A DNA stretch of 64,000 nt from Mizuhopecten yessoensis (taxonomy: Eukaryota): positions 122,737 to 186,736 of the forward strand of contig NW_018404373.1 in NCBI RefSeq assembly GCF_002113885.1, given 5' to 3'. The translations under genes and the position numbers were made by a program. The notes below the pieces were generated by a model that ran no database searches, was not told where the DNA came from, and saw only the letters and a program-made list of their open reading frames with translations. Below are positions 12,601 to 23,455 of the stretch, piece after piece; position 1 is the stretch's first letter; each line of letters begins with the position of its first letter.

Positions 12601-15600
12601 ATATATACAGAATCAGGTACTAATATAATGGCATACCCCAATTTATGAAAAAGTGGTTTTGTATTAAAAATGAAAGGCTTTATAAAGTAGTTTGATATCA
12701 AAGTTAAAAAATAAGAGATAATATACATCAGTAATATTTACGATACATACAGTAGCACAAGATGAGAGGATATTTCATTTATCTGAAATTAAAACATCAG
12801 TAAACCGCAAATATTAAATCAAATAATAAATTACTCAAATTATATCAAATAACAAATCATTTATCTGAAATTAAAACTTTGATAAACCACAAATATGAAA
12901 TCAAATAATAAATTACTCTATATATATATATGACATTAGATCAAAAGGTAGATACAACAGTCGTATTAACATGAAAATAAGAACAAACGTAAAACAGTAT
13001 CAAGAAAGGAAATTGTACAACATTAACCTGAAATACAAGCAACAGTTCAGTTATTATATTGTAAATATTAAAGAGAACTTAAACCATTACCTGAACATGT
13101 TTTGTATCTGTTTACAAAAATAATCATTTAAACAAACAGCTGAAAACATGAAAATAAAATTGAATGTGCAAATCAATAACATCAGGGGTATAACCAGTCC
13201 TGTCAGGACCTGTCCCTACTGTACTGTGTAGTAGGGGTATAACCAGTCCTGTCAGGACCTGTCCCTACTGTAGCGTGTGGTAGGGGAATAACCAGTCCTG
13301 TCAGGACCTGTTCCTACCTACTGTACTGTGTAGTAGGGGTATAACCATTCCTGTCAGGACCTGTCCCTACTGTCCCCTGTAGTAGGGGTATACCCAGTCC
13401 TGTCAGGACCTGTAACTACTGTACCGTGTAGTAGGGGTATAACCAGGCCTGTCAGGACCTGTCCCTACTGTACTGTGTAGTAGGGGTATAACCATTCCTG
13501 TCAGGACCTGTCCCTACTGTCCCCTGTAGTAGGGGTATACCCAGTCCTGTCAGGACCTGTAACTACTGTACCGTGTAGTAGGGGTATAACCAGGCCTGTC
13601 AGGACCTGTCCCTACTGTACCCTGTAGATTCTATAAGACATCCTTGTTGTATGTAGGGGTATAACCAGTACTCTCAGGACCTGTTCCTACCTACTGTACT
13701 GTGTAGTAGGGGTATAACCATTCCTGTCAGGACCTGTTCCTACTGTACCGTGTAGATTGTATAAGACATCCTTGTTGTATAGTCCTGTCAGGACCTGTTC
13801 CTACTGTACCGTGTAGTAGGGGTATAACCAGGCCTGTCAGGACCTGTCCCTACTGTAGCGTGTGGTAGGGGAATAACCAGTCCTGTCAGGAACTGTTCCT
13901 ACTGTACCGTGTAGATTGAATAAGACATCCTTGTTGTATGTAGGGGTATAACCAGTACTCTCAGGACCTGTTCCTACCTACTGTACTGTGTAGTAGGGGT
14001 ATAACCATTCCTGTCAGGACCTGTTCCTACTGTACCGTGTAGTAGGGGTATATCCAGTCCTGTCAGGACCTGTCCCTACTTTACCGTGTGGGAGGGGTAT
14101 AACCAGTCTTGTCAGGGCCTGTCCCTACTGTACCGTGTAGTAGGGTTATAACCAGTCCTGTCAGGTCCTGTCCCTACTGTTCCCTGTAGTAAGGGTATAA
14201 CCAGTCCTGTCAGGTCCTGTCCCTACTGTACCCTGTAGTAGGGGAATAACCAGTCCTGTCAGGAACTGTTCCTACTGTACCGTGTAGATTGAATAAGACA
14301 TCCTTGTTGTATGTAGGGGTATAACCAGTACTCTCAGGACCTGTTCCTACCTACTGTACTGTGTAGTAGGGGTATAACCATTCCTGTCAGGACCTGTTCC
14401 TACTGTGCTGTGTAGATTGTATAAGACATCCTTGTTGTATCTAGGGGTATAACCAGTCCTGTCAGGCCCTGTCCCTACTGTACTGTGTAGATTGTATAAG
14501 ACATCCTTCTTGTATGTAGGGGTATACCCAGTCCTGTCAGGACCTGTAACTACTGTACCGTGTAGTAGGGGTATAACCAGACCTGTCAGGACCTGTCCCT
14601 ACTGTATCGTGTAGTAGGGGTATAACCAGCCCTGTCAGGACCTGTCCCTACTGTACTGTGTAGTAGGGGTATAACCATTCCTGTCAGGACCTGTTCCTAC
14701 TGTGCTGTGTAGATTTTATAAGACATCCTTGTTGTATGTAGGGGTATAGCCAGTCCTGTCAGGACCCTGTCAGGACCTGTCCCTACTGTACCGTGTGGGA
14801 GGGGTATAACCAGTCTTGTCAGGGCCTGTCCCTACTGTACCGTGTAGTAGGGATATAACCAGCCCTGTCAGGGCCTGTCCCTACTGTACCGTGTAGTAGG
14901 GTTATAACCAGTCCTGTCAGGACCTGTCCCTACTGTCCCCTGTAGTAGGGGTATACCCAGTCCTGTCAGGACCTGTAACTACTGTACCGTGTAGTAGGGG
15001 TATAACCAGCCCTGTCAGGACCTGTCCCTACTGTATCGTGTAGTAGGGGTATAACCAGCCCTGTCAGGACCTGTCCCTACTGTAACCTGTAGTAGGGGTA
15101 TAACCAGTCCTGCCAGGACCTGTCCCTACTGTACCGTGTGGTGGGGGTATAACCAGTCCTGTCAGGACATGTCCCTACTGTACCGTGTGGTAGGAGTATA
15201 ACCAGTCCTGTCAGGACCTGTTCCTACTGTACTGTGTAGATTGTATAAGACATCCTTGTTTTATGTAGGGGTATAACCAGTCCTGTCAGGACCTGTCCCT
15301 ACGGTACTGTGTAGATTGTATAAGACATCCTTGTTGTATGTAGGGGTATAACCAGTCCTGTCAGGACCTGTCCCTACTGTACTGTGGAGATTGTATAAGA
15401 CATCCTTGTTGTATTTAGAGGTATAACCAGTCCTGTCAGGACCTGTCCCTACTGTACTGTGTAGATTGTATAAGACATCCTTGTTGTATTTAGAGGTATA
15501 ACCAGTCCTGTCAGGACCTGTCCCTACTGTACCGTGTAGATTCTATAAGACATCCTTGTTGTATGTAGGGGTATAACCATTCCTGTAATGACCCGTCTCT

Positions 15601-18600
15601 ACTGTATCGGGTGGAGACCATGCCAGGGCTAGGATGGTTGCTGAAACGAAAACTCTACAAAGGAGAGTTAGAATCACAATGGCCTACTCCAGAAAAGGTG
15701 AGATATTATTTTATTTTCAATGAATCCCTGTTATAGAGGAGAGGTTCCTTTACTTCTATATTAGTTATTCATGCAGGTAAAGGCCTTAATTAAGAAATAC
15801 ATACATAGCAGTGTATTTTTTAATCTGTATAGAAAAATAATAATGAAGAACAGCTCATGACGTTTAGGAATAAATGATATGTATGCAAGTCCTACAAAAC
15901 AACACTATAAGTTGTGTAATAATTGGAGAAATCTGTTAAATATAATTTAAAACCTCTATTCTGTGAGAAAAACATAAAGGCATAATTATCAAGTTTATAA
16001 TTTTACCATCAAATCCATTTTCTTCTGGTTTCAGATATGGGACTGGGATATGTGGCTTAGAACAAACCACATCAGGAAGAATCGGGAGTGTATTATACCC
16101 GATATATCTCGTACATATCACTTCGGCTCCAAGGGGCTCAACATGAATCCATACTTCCAAGATATTTACTTCAAAAATCATTCACTTTTAAAGACACCCA
16201 ATGTGAAGTTAAAAGATTTAGACAAGTAAGGAATGTTTCATAGAGCTTTGTTATTATCAACACATTTTTCTCAGGATTCTAGCTATCACTGATTACAGTA
16301 CAGGTTTTAAACAAAGCAAGTGGGAACACAAATAATTGGTTAGTAGTATAAGCATCAATAACCATACGTTACAATAAATGCATATTGTTAAAAAAGCAAA
16401 AACAAAAGTCGAAGGCAAAATATATATATGTATAAAGAGGATCAAAAAAGAGTTTGTGCAAAATGTAAGTTTGTCATAATAAAGCTTGTTTGTTGTAATT
16501 TTTTAATATATTACTGTCTGGATGACAAAGTATATACAACAGTTGTACTTACATGAAAATGAGCACAAATGTAAAACATTATTAAGAAAAGAAATTGTAC
16601 AATATAAACCTGGAACTCAAGCAACAATTAAGTTATTATCTTATTATCTGGATAACAAATTTACAGGTGTCAGAGTTTGGGTTAGATATACGCTAGTGCT
16701 ATACTTCAAATTAGAAATTACCAATAATAGCAATTTAATATCATTAAGCAATTGTATGAGATTAGTATACAAGCACTGATGAAAATGTGAAAGCGACATA
16801 GACATTGTAGAATAATACCACTGTAAGGCATGGTGTTTTTTTAACGAGCTATACAATAAAAATATTCAAATTTCAGCAAGAGTAGTGTTTGCTTTTATTA
16901 AGGAAATGCAAAAGATGAAAGAAATATGAATAAATCTAGAAAATAAAAATAAATAAAAAATAAATGCATTTATAAAATTGTCACCCTGATGTAGTCCCTA
17001 TATGATTCGTTTCTACATACCAGCAACTTTTTCTTGTCAGTAAATTCTGAGATGAATCAACTTAAATGCTAATACTGATTCTTTATGTATTTCATTTCAG
17101 AATGAAAAGAGATGAATATGAAGATTTACTAACAAATCTCATAAAATCTGCGAAGACACTAGATCATTCCAAAGATGCCTGTTCGGAGGAGTTTATACCT
17201 CGAGTCACAGTGAGCATCAGCTTATTTGACCTGGTTGTCCAAAAAAATGTTGACGTATTAGTTATGTTAATATTTTTGAAAGTATGTTTCAAAGAAGTTG
17301 GTTTTTCCTCTCTTTATATTTGGGAATGTTTGCCCTCATATCCCCAATGAGATTTAGAGAACAAGATTGGGATCAGTTGGATACCATGCTGAAAAAAAAA
17401 AAAGGGGGAACTGTTTGATGAAAAAAATAGAAAGAGGAGAAGAAATTATACAGGTTTTCAAGTTGACTTTTCATTACCTGTGGTTAAGTGGAGTTTTAAA
17501 CACTGCTTAAACTGGTATATAATTATTATATCTATTCTCAATGTTAAACCAGGAATGCTAATTGACATAAATTGCATGTGAAACATGACAGGCCTAGATA
17601 GACCATTTTCAACCTGTGCTTATCTTTCACCAGTTGAATCTATATGATATATAGGTAAAATTTTAAAATCTGACAATCCTGCAACAGAAAAGAGAGTAGG
17701 AACAAAAGCTACAGAGAGTAGTTCAGAAAAGGAAGTGGTAGGGTATAAGAGTAGACCATTTTAGGGGCCTTCCTCACATTGACCTCCTACAGTGCAACGA
17801 AACCCGTATGGGTGGAGTCATGTAGGCGACTAACTAACTAAGGGGCCTCCCATATTGCCCCACAATAGATTTGTTGGGCCTATTCTCCCAGATTCAGTGT
17901 GAATGATACAGGAATGGAGGACAGTAATTAATCTATGTCAGTAACATTGTTTTTTTTTAAATATCAGTTTTACAAGTTGTCTCTTCAATATATTCAATAA
18001 ATCTTCAATATTTTTCAATGCATGTAATACTCTTTTTAGGATGGAAAATTTGTGATGTATATAAGCATGAATACAACAACAGATTTCGTCACCTGGAAAC
18101 AACTTGCCAAGGTAATAACTGCTATCACTGATAACGATCCCCATGACACTATCACGGTAGCTAGTGACAGAAACAAATTCACTTTGGCTGTCAGTCTTTA
18201 TCATCAGGCATTTTTTTTCTTCTGTAAATGATTTAAATACTGCAAAAGTACTTATTTCAGCAAACTAAAACTTAAATGTACAGCTGAATTTCAACAGGCT
18301 AGCGCATAGAACAATTAGCGCACCCAAAATAATGCTATAGAAAACTATATACAGGAACTTCCATTGTTACAGCACGAAGAGCACAAAAATTAGAACAGTG
18401 CTAAAATACCTATGTATGCTTCCATTACCTATAAATGATAGAATAAGAGTTAAGTGACACTTACTGCTAGAGTTAATTGTGACACTTACTGCTCGAGTTA
18501 ATTGTGACACTTACTGCTAGAGTTAATTGTGACACTTACTGCTAGAGTTAACTGTGACATTTACTGCTAGTGTTAATTGTGACACTTACTGCTAGAGTTA

Positions 18601-19868
18601 ATTGTGACACTTACTGCTAGAGTTAATTGTGACACTTACTGCTAGAGTTAATTGGTTAGAATGAAAAATGTACACAGAGGAACTTGCAAAATCTATTGTA
18701 AGATATTTGACCTTTGATCTTTCAGTGCTACCATTTATGGGACTTGGATGTACGAGGTTTCCACAAGGTCAGTAACAGGACAGGGTCAATTGATCGGACA
18801 TGCCAGTATAGACTTGGGGTTAAACACAGGGAAAATCAAAACCATACTATGTTCAAATCCTGTCGTATCACACAGGTTGTTCTCAAATACAGGTGTCAGT
18901 AGACCAAGGTTTCATTGTAATTGTTTGATTCATCACTAGTTTCAATTTGATAAAAAAAAAAACAAGCAAAGAGTATTATCTACCTACAATCAACTCCCTA
19001 TCTGTACCTATCTGTACCTATCGTACCTATATGTACCTATCTGAATCTAGACATACTTATACAATGCTGTTAAGAACTGCAAAACCACTTATCTTTTAGG
19101 GGAAATACATTTCCCAGTAATGCTAATAAATTTGTAATCTTTTTACAGAGTATGTGGCGACTGTTTATCAAAGGAAGTCAGGTGGTCGTGGTAGGAGTTC
19201 CGGCGTCAGCCTATGCGTGAGTACGACACACTGATTAGGGGGAATATCATTTGACAACAGATGTCACATCATTAGAAAAACTCAGGTGGTAGATAATACA
19301 TGAAACAGAATATATCTGAATCCTGAAGTCTTCTACGGTAAATGTGAATTGTGACTATTTAGCCGATCTTTACACACAATCTACCGGGTTCAATCTCCGA
19401 AGTCGTAGTACGCATGGAATATTCAGAGAAAGTGTTTTTCTCCTGCCTACACAACTCCAACAACCTAGGTGGAGTATAAAATGGTCTGGGGTGGATGTTG
19501 TGATATCTGTGTTGTAGCATTCAAGTGAGGTGGCACTATTAAATGATGCCCAGTCCCACTACAAACAACACAATATATCTCCAGCATATGCAATGTATAT
19601 GCTAATTGTATACATTGTATATCTATGTACTGTAAAGCGCTTTAGAGTGGCTTATTCTAGCTAGATAGGGTGCTATATCAAATGTTGTATATTATTATTA
19701 TTATATTATTATTAACGTGGGGGAATGAAATCTTCTTGTAGACTGGCCTACATTATAACGAATGGAGGTGAGCCATTGGTTTTTGAATGCTTTCACTTCT
19801 CTTTCAGACACCTGAAGCCAGCTGCTGTAAAGCCTATCTACATTCCAGAACCACCCAAGAAAACCTAG
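519..19868 (+). CDS. POMGNT1: POMGNT1 orthologue, 5'-partial; join(519..617,1006..1133,2765..2835,3248..3323,5422..5547,6546..6604,7079..7151,15569..15697,16035..16225,17101..17209,18040..18111,18726..18767,19149..19216,19808..19868)
   Basis: All 13 internal introns are GT-AG and phases are consistent (1304 nt = 2 + 434 codons including TAG). The translation is colinear with vertebrate POMGNT1 as I recall it: [68 protein letters not shown] (GT13 metal-binding motif), [57 protein letters not shown]. Confidence 0.97.
1006..1133 (+). CDS. POMGNT1: POMGNT1 exon: [43 protein letters not shown]
   Basis: tttacag|...|gttagt; Cys pattern CxW...FC...GYG..CSC is conserved. Confidence 0.95.
1216..1557 (+). 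mobile_element. HINE/pearl-like non-autonomous Helentron-type element
   Basis: T-run then sub-terminal inverted repeat TGTCTCGC ... GCGAGACA (1527-1534); nearby short inverted GCGAG; GGC/GTC microsatellite remnant; internal core duplication (TCAACATTAAGTTTTTGCGTTTAAGTTAGTTTC twice); T-rich end. Confidence 0.65.
2765..2835 (+). CDS. POMGNT1: POMGNT1 exon: [23 protein letters not shown](R)
   Basis: tttag|...|gtaaga; start of the GT13 catalytic domain (VPV.VIA.NRP.YL). Confidence 0.95.
2855..3166. repeat. Intronic minisatellite, 75-bp unit, ~4.2 copies
   Basis: Unit ATCATACAAGTGTAATT...AACAATTGTTACACCAATTAC at a 75-bp period. Confidence 0.95.
3248..3323 (+). CDS. POMGNT1: POMGNT1 exon: [25 protein letters not shown]
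   Basis: ttctccttag|...|gtaaat; VFIDGYYE motif. Confidence 0.95.
5058..5148. mobile_element. ~83-bp piggyBac-type MITE with TTAA target duplication
   Basis: TTAA|CCCTTTCACC ... GGTGAAAGGG|TTAA, perfect terminal inverted repeat. Confidence 0.75.
5422..5547 (+). CDS. POMGNT1: POMGNT1 exon: [42 protein letters not shown]
   Basis: gacag|...|gtgagt; GIQHTP and SQHYKASLT motifs. Confidence 0.95.
5526..5720 (+). repeat. Degenerate 30-32-bp tandem repeat derived from an exon end plus splice donor
   Basis: AGCCATCTTCAACCTCTATGTG|GTGAGT is followed by AGTCATTTTCAACTTCTATGTGGTGAGT and AGTCATTTTCAACCTCTACGTGGCAAGT, then decaying copies. Confidence 0.85.
6254..6390. mobile_element. Truncated copy of the GGGCCCGTATTCATG-TIR MITE family
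   Basis: Left end matches the TIR at 43966 and 51513; no right TIR seen. Confidence 0.6.
6546..6604 (+). CDS. POMGNT1: POMGNT1 exon: [19 protein letters not shown](N)
   Basis: ttttcag|...|gtaagt; EEDLD motif. Confidence 0.95.
7079..7151 (+). CDS. POMGNT1: POMGNT1 exon: [24 protein letters not shown]
   Basis: ttacag|...|gtaagt; YCISAWND motif. Confidence 0.95.
7296..8893. repeat. Intronic minisatellite, 30-bp unit, ~53 copies, two sub-types
   Basis: CAATCTAGGTACAGTAGCTATAGTGTAACT up to ~8340, then CAATCTGGGTACAGTATCTGAAGTGTGACT. Confidence 0.97.
9360..10668. mobile_element. Non-autonomous element with terminal hairpin and 19-bp inverted repeats, carrying a tandem array
   Basis: Imperfect ~140-bp hairpin at 9376-9514; TTATCATCTATATACTACT (9531-9549) is inverted at 10650-10668. 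Confidence 0.7.
9888..10558. repeat. Minisatellite, 31-bp unit, ~21 copies
   Basis: GAGAAAATACGTTCCCAAGTGCTGGGATATG; period 31. Confidence 0.97.
11239..11428. repeat. Minisatellite, 24-bp unit, ~8 copies
   Basis: AGGGTAAGTGTTCCAAGGTCATAT. Confidence 0.95.
12490..12577. mobile_element. Second, decayed copy of a short piggyBac-type MITE
   Basis: ATTCACCCCT ... AGGGGTGAAT-AGG-TTAA; same size and similar ends as 5058-5148. Confidence 0.55.
13183..15615 (+). repeat. Exon-derived minisatellite (49-bp and 75-bp units, roughly 40-45 copies) running into exon 15569
   Basis: Unit TAGGGGTATAACCAGTCCTGTCAGGACCTGTCCCTACTGTACCGTGTAG, with or without ATTGTATAAGACATCCTTGTTGTATG, aligns to the acceptor and first ~46 nt of the exon. 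Confidence 0.97.
15569..15697 (+). CDS. POMGNT1: POMGNT1 exon: [43 protein letters not shown]
   Basis: gtatgtag|...|gtgaga; [12 protein letters not shown] motif. Its acceptor is the last unit of the upstream minisatellite. Confidence 0.95.
16035..16225 (+). CDS. POMGNT1: POMGNT1 exon: [63 protein letters not shown](K)
   Basis: tttcag|...|gtaagg; WDWDMW and RECIIPD.SR.YHFG motifs. Confidence 0.96.
17101..17209 (+). CDS. POMGNT1: POMGNT1 exon: [36 protein letters not shown]
   Basis: catttcag|...|gtgagc; LDHSK.C...F.P. Confidence 0.92.
18040..18111 (+). CDS. POMGNT1: POMGNT1 exon: [24 protein letters not shown]
   Basis: tttttag|...|gtaata; DF.TW.QLAK. Confidence 0.92.
18454..18653. repeat. 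Minisatellite, 25-bp unit, ~8 copies
   Basis: GTGACACTTACTGCTAGAGTTAATT. Confidence 0.95.
18726..18767 (+). CDS. POMGNT1: POMGNT1 exon: [14 protein letters not shown]
   Basis: ctttcag|...|gtcagt; WDLDVRG. Confidence 0.93.
19149..19216 (+). CDS. POMGNT1: POMGNT1 exon: [22 protein letters not shown](A)
   Basis: ttttacag|...|gtgagt; WRLF...VGVPAS.Y. Confidence 0.93.
19470..19565 (+). mobile_element. Decayed Meta-domain-type SINE fragment
   Basis: AGTATAAAATGG...TTCAAGTGAGGTGGCACTATTAAA resembles the core of the copies at 41709 and 54280. Confidence 0.4.
19808..19868 (+). CDS. POMGNT1: POMGNT1 last coding exon: [19 protein letters not shown]
   Basis: ctctttcag|; resembles the C-terminal KP.SV.PIFLEPPPK; TAG at 19866-19868. 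Confidence 0.9.
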
Positions 19869-20112
19869 TCAACATTGGACAAGAGATTGGAGACTGCCCA
19901 TTAGAGTCTGAGAGGTCACAGATTACTCCATTGTATGTAAAGAAACTCCTGTGTCTTCAGTCAGAAACAGTGAGGTGTTAATGATAAAACAATGTGTTTA
20001 CTAACATGTATTATCAACAATCTTCTGTGATGTCATATAATGACATAACTCTCTACTGAGCTGGACTAGGTACACTCACAACAACTTCTCTATCTAGTTA
20101 CCTTAATACTAA

Positions 20113-20477
20113 CTAGCTGGAATAGGTACCTGTATAATAATACCTGTCTACCTAGCTGATATAGGTACCTGTATAATTACACCTGTCTACCTAGTTGATA
20201 TAGGTACCTGTATAATTACACCTGTCTACCTAGCTGATATAGGTACCTGTATAATTACAAATGTCTACCTAGCTGATACAGGTACCTGTATAATTACACC
20301 TGTCTACCTATAGCTAGCTGATATAGGTACCTGTATAATAACCCCTGTCTACCTAGCTGATATAGGTACCTGTATAATTACACCTGTCTACCTAGCTGGA
20401 ATAGGTACCTGTATACTTACACCTGTCTACCTAGCTGATATAGGTACCTGTATAATAACACCTGTCTACCTAGCTGA
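20113..20477. repeat. Minisatellite, 39-bp unit, ~9 copies (putative 3' UTR)
   Basis: CTAGCTGATATAGGTACCTGTATAATTACACCTGTCTAC. Confidence 0.95.
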
Positions 20478-20674
20478 AAAGTGCCATACCTTGTTCCACA
20501 GTGCAATTATCCTATTCTGATATTAATGATCATATGAAAATGATTATATGATGAGAGTGAGAAATCTAGATTTTTTTGTAGTCGTTTATTACATGGAATG
20601 AGTGTGAAGTCTTTTATTGTTGATTTTGGGAATTATTCTGTATTTCTTTTTTTTGAAAGTATAAAGTATTTAAA

Positions 20675-21031
20675 TATCTCTGAATCCTAGGTATGCTTTA
20701 CTGAGGAGATATCTCTGAATCCTAGGTATGGTTTACCGAGGAAATATCTCTGAATCCTAGGTTTGGTTTACAGAGGAGATATCTCTGAATCCTAGGTATG
20801 GTTTATCGAGGAGATATCTCTGAATCCTAGGTATTGTTTACCGAGGAGATATCTCTGAATACTAGGTTTGGTTTACAGAGGAGATGTCTCTGAATCCTAG
20901 GTATGGTTTACTGAGGAGATATCTCTGAATCCTTAGTATGGTTTACCGAGGAGATATCTCTGAATCCTAGGTTTGGTTTACCGAGGAGATATCTCTGAAT
21001 CCTAGGTTTGGTTTACTGAGGAGATATCTCT
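20675..21031. repeat. Minisatellite, 35-bp unit, ~10 copies
   Basis: ATATCTCTGAATCCTAGGTATGGTTTACCGAGGAG. Confidence 0.95.
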
Positions 21032-21351
21032 CAATGATAAAGATCTGTAAAGGTGGCCTAGCTACTTGGGAAGATCTCTCTAATCCATTATGTCAGGAAC
21101 ATTCCAAGAACATTTCAGTATATTTTTTGTTCTGTGATAAATCTATTGGGGGATATATAAATGTTTCACCTGATGTTTGAGGTTCTGATTAACCTGCGTG
21201 GTTACTGGGATCCAGTTAGATATTGCATATTGTAATTTTAAGTAAGACCAGTATTGTTGTCAGTGTGTGTATAACTGTTGGTAGTGCTTGTAAGGAGCCT
21301 GCTTGTCCAGAGATATGGTGATACTAGTTACTTCATATATATATATATCAA

Positions 21352-21392
21352 TCTGACTGAAGAAGCCCTAGAAGGCAGAAAGGCCTAGCGGA
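21352..21392 (+). ncRNA. Degenerate minimal type-I hammerhead ribozyme motif (Penelope-like remnant) between (TA)n tracts
   Basis: CTGAAGA-A-GCC(CTAGAA)GGC-A-GAAA-GGCC-TA; palindromic stem III AGGCCT; stem I only partly paired (TCTGA/GCGGA). Confidence 0.45.
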
Positions 21393-21419
21393 CGATCTGA
21401 AAGATTTTTGTTTTTATTC

Positions 21420-21466
<47 letters not shown>

Positions 21467-21467
21467 A
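21420..21467. repeat. Compound (TA)n(TG)n microsatellite
   Basis: Read directly. Confidence 0.95.
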
Positions 21468-21498
21468 ATTAAGATTAATTAAGTTTACCACATGTAGG

Positions 21499-21624
21499 TA
21501 TGTGGGATAGGGAAATTTCCCGAAGTCCTGCACAAGGGTGTAGAATTTTGGCTGAGAACTTTGTCAAAGCCTCGGTTCTGACCCACATTCTACAACCTCA
21601 GGAAGAATTTCCCTATCTCACATA
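21499..21624. repeat. ~125-bp inverted repeat (hairpin), probably a transposon end
   Basis: TATGTGGGATAGGGAAATT ... AATTTCCCTATCTCACATA (1 mismatch) plus inner GTAGAAT/ATTCTAC arms. Confidence 0.75.
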
Positions 21625-22309
21625 GCTATATAATGTTTGACTATTTTCTCCCACCTCTTACCCAGAAATATGGTAAAAATTGCCAAAGACATTGTGAATG
21701 CAGCAGCAAAGATAATAGATTTTCTAGACAAATTAACCAAGAACATAGTAGGAAAGAGCAGGGAAAAGGATGATACGGCTGTATACCAAAAGTAGGCTTT
21801 AACATTAAAAGGGTTTGGAAAAAGCATGTTAAAAAAATGTTTATTTCCATGAGGCTATGTCAGATGCACACTGTCTTGGCAGTAGGTATTCTTCCGCTGA
21901 CCAAAATTAGAATTTATGACAGGTATCGTATCGAAATGATGTCATGTTGCGGAATATCAGCTGAAATGGTGCTGAACATTCTGAACACAAACGTTAGTAT
22001 GTACTCCTTAGTCAAGATTTGGAAAAAAATGTAGTTCCCGAACAAGGATCACTTGGTGTTCCTATATATGATAGAGTTATTCCACATGGGTGTTCCACGT
22101 GGGACACATGTATCTTACAAACGCAGAGGTGGAAGAAATTTATATCTTCTATGTTTTGTTTGAATGTGATTGTCTCAGTACTTAAAAGACTATTTTTTCT
22201 GACACATTTATACATGTGTAGGAAAGCATGTCAGAAAACGGTCACTTGGTGTAGTAGGGAAAACTGGGCTGTCTCAAGTCTTAAGAGTGTCTAGTAAGTA
22301 TGATGTCAT

Positions 22310-23455
22310 TGAGTGAGAGTTTTGAGAGTATTTGATACATATGTTGTCAGTGAGAGTTTTGAGAGTATCTGATACATATGTTGTCAGTGAGAGTTTTGAG
22401 AGTATTTGATACATATGTTGTCAGTGAGAGCTTTGAGAGTATCTGGTGTATTTTGTCAGTGAGAGTTTTGAGAGTATTTGATACATATGTTGTCAGTGAA
22501 AGTTTTGAGAGTAACTGGTGGTGTATTTTGTCAGTGAGAGTTTTGAGAGTATCTGATACATATGTTGTCAGTGAGAGTTTTGAGGGTATTTGATACATAT
22601 GTTATCAGTGAGAGCTTTGAGAGTATCTGATACGTATGTTGTCAGTGAGAGTTTTGAGAGTATTTGATATGTATGTTGTCAGTGAGAGTTTTGAGAGTAT
22701 TTGATACATATGTTGTCAGCGAGAGTTTTGAGAGTATCTGATACGTATGTTGTCAGTGAGAGTTTTGAGGGTATTTGATACATATGTTATCAGTGAGAGC
22801 TTTGAGAGTATCTGATACGTATGTTGTCAGTGAGAGTTTTGAGATTATCTGATACATATGTTGTCAGTGAGAGTTTTGAGAGTATTTGATACATATGTTG
22901 TCAGTGAGAGTTTTGAGAGTATCTGATACGTATGTTGTCAGTGAGAGTTTTGAGATTATCTGATACATATGTTGTCAGTGAGAGTTTTGAGAGTATTTGA
23001 TACATATGTTGTCAGTGAGAGTTTTGAGAGTATTTGATACATATGTTGTCAGTGAGTTTTAAGAGTATTTGATACATATGTTGTCAGTGAGAGCTTTGAG
23101 AGTATCTGATGGTATATTTTGTCAGTGAGAGTTTTGAGAGTATTTGATATGTATGTTGTCAGTGAGAGTTTTGAGAGTATTTGATACGTATGTTGTCAGT
23201 GAGAGCTTTGAGAGTAGCTGATGGTGTATGTTGTCACTGAGAGTTTTGAGAATATTTGATACGTATGTTGTCAGTGAGAGTTTTGAGAGTATCTGATGGT
23301 GTATGTTGTCAGTGAGAGTTTTGAGAGTATTTGATACGTATGTTGTCAGTGAGAGCTTTGAGAGTAGCTGATGGTGTATGTTGTCACTGAGAGTTTTGAG
23401 AATATTTGATACGTATGTTGTCACTGAGAGTTTTGAGAGTAGCTGATGGTGTATT
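22310..23455. repeat. Minisatellite, ~37-bp unit, ~30 copies
   Basis: TGTTGTCAGTGAGAGTTTTGAGAGTATTTGATACATA. Confidence 0.96.

Noticed and set aside
13618-13630. miR-10-like TACCCTGTAGAT
   Set aside because: Only a 12-nt match inside a repeat unit, with no precursor hairpin.
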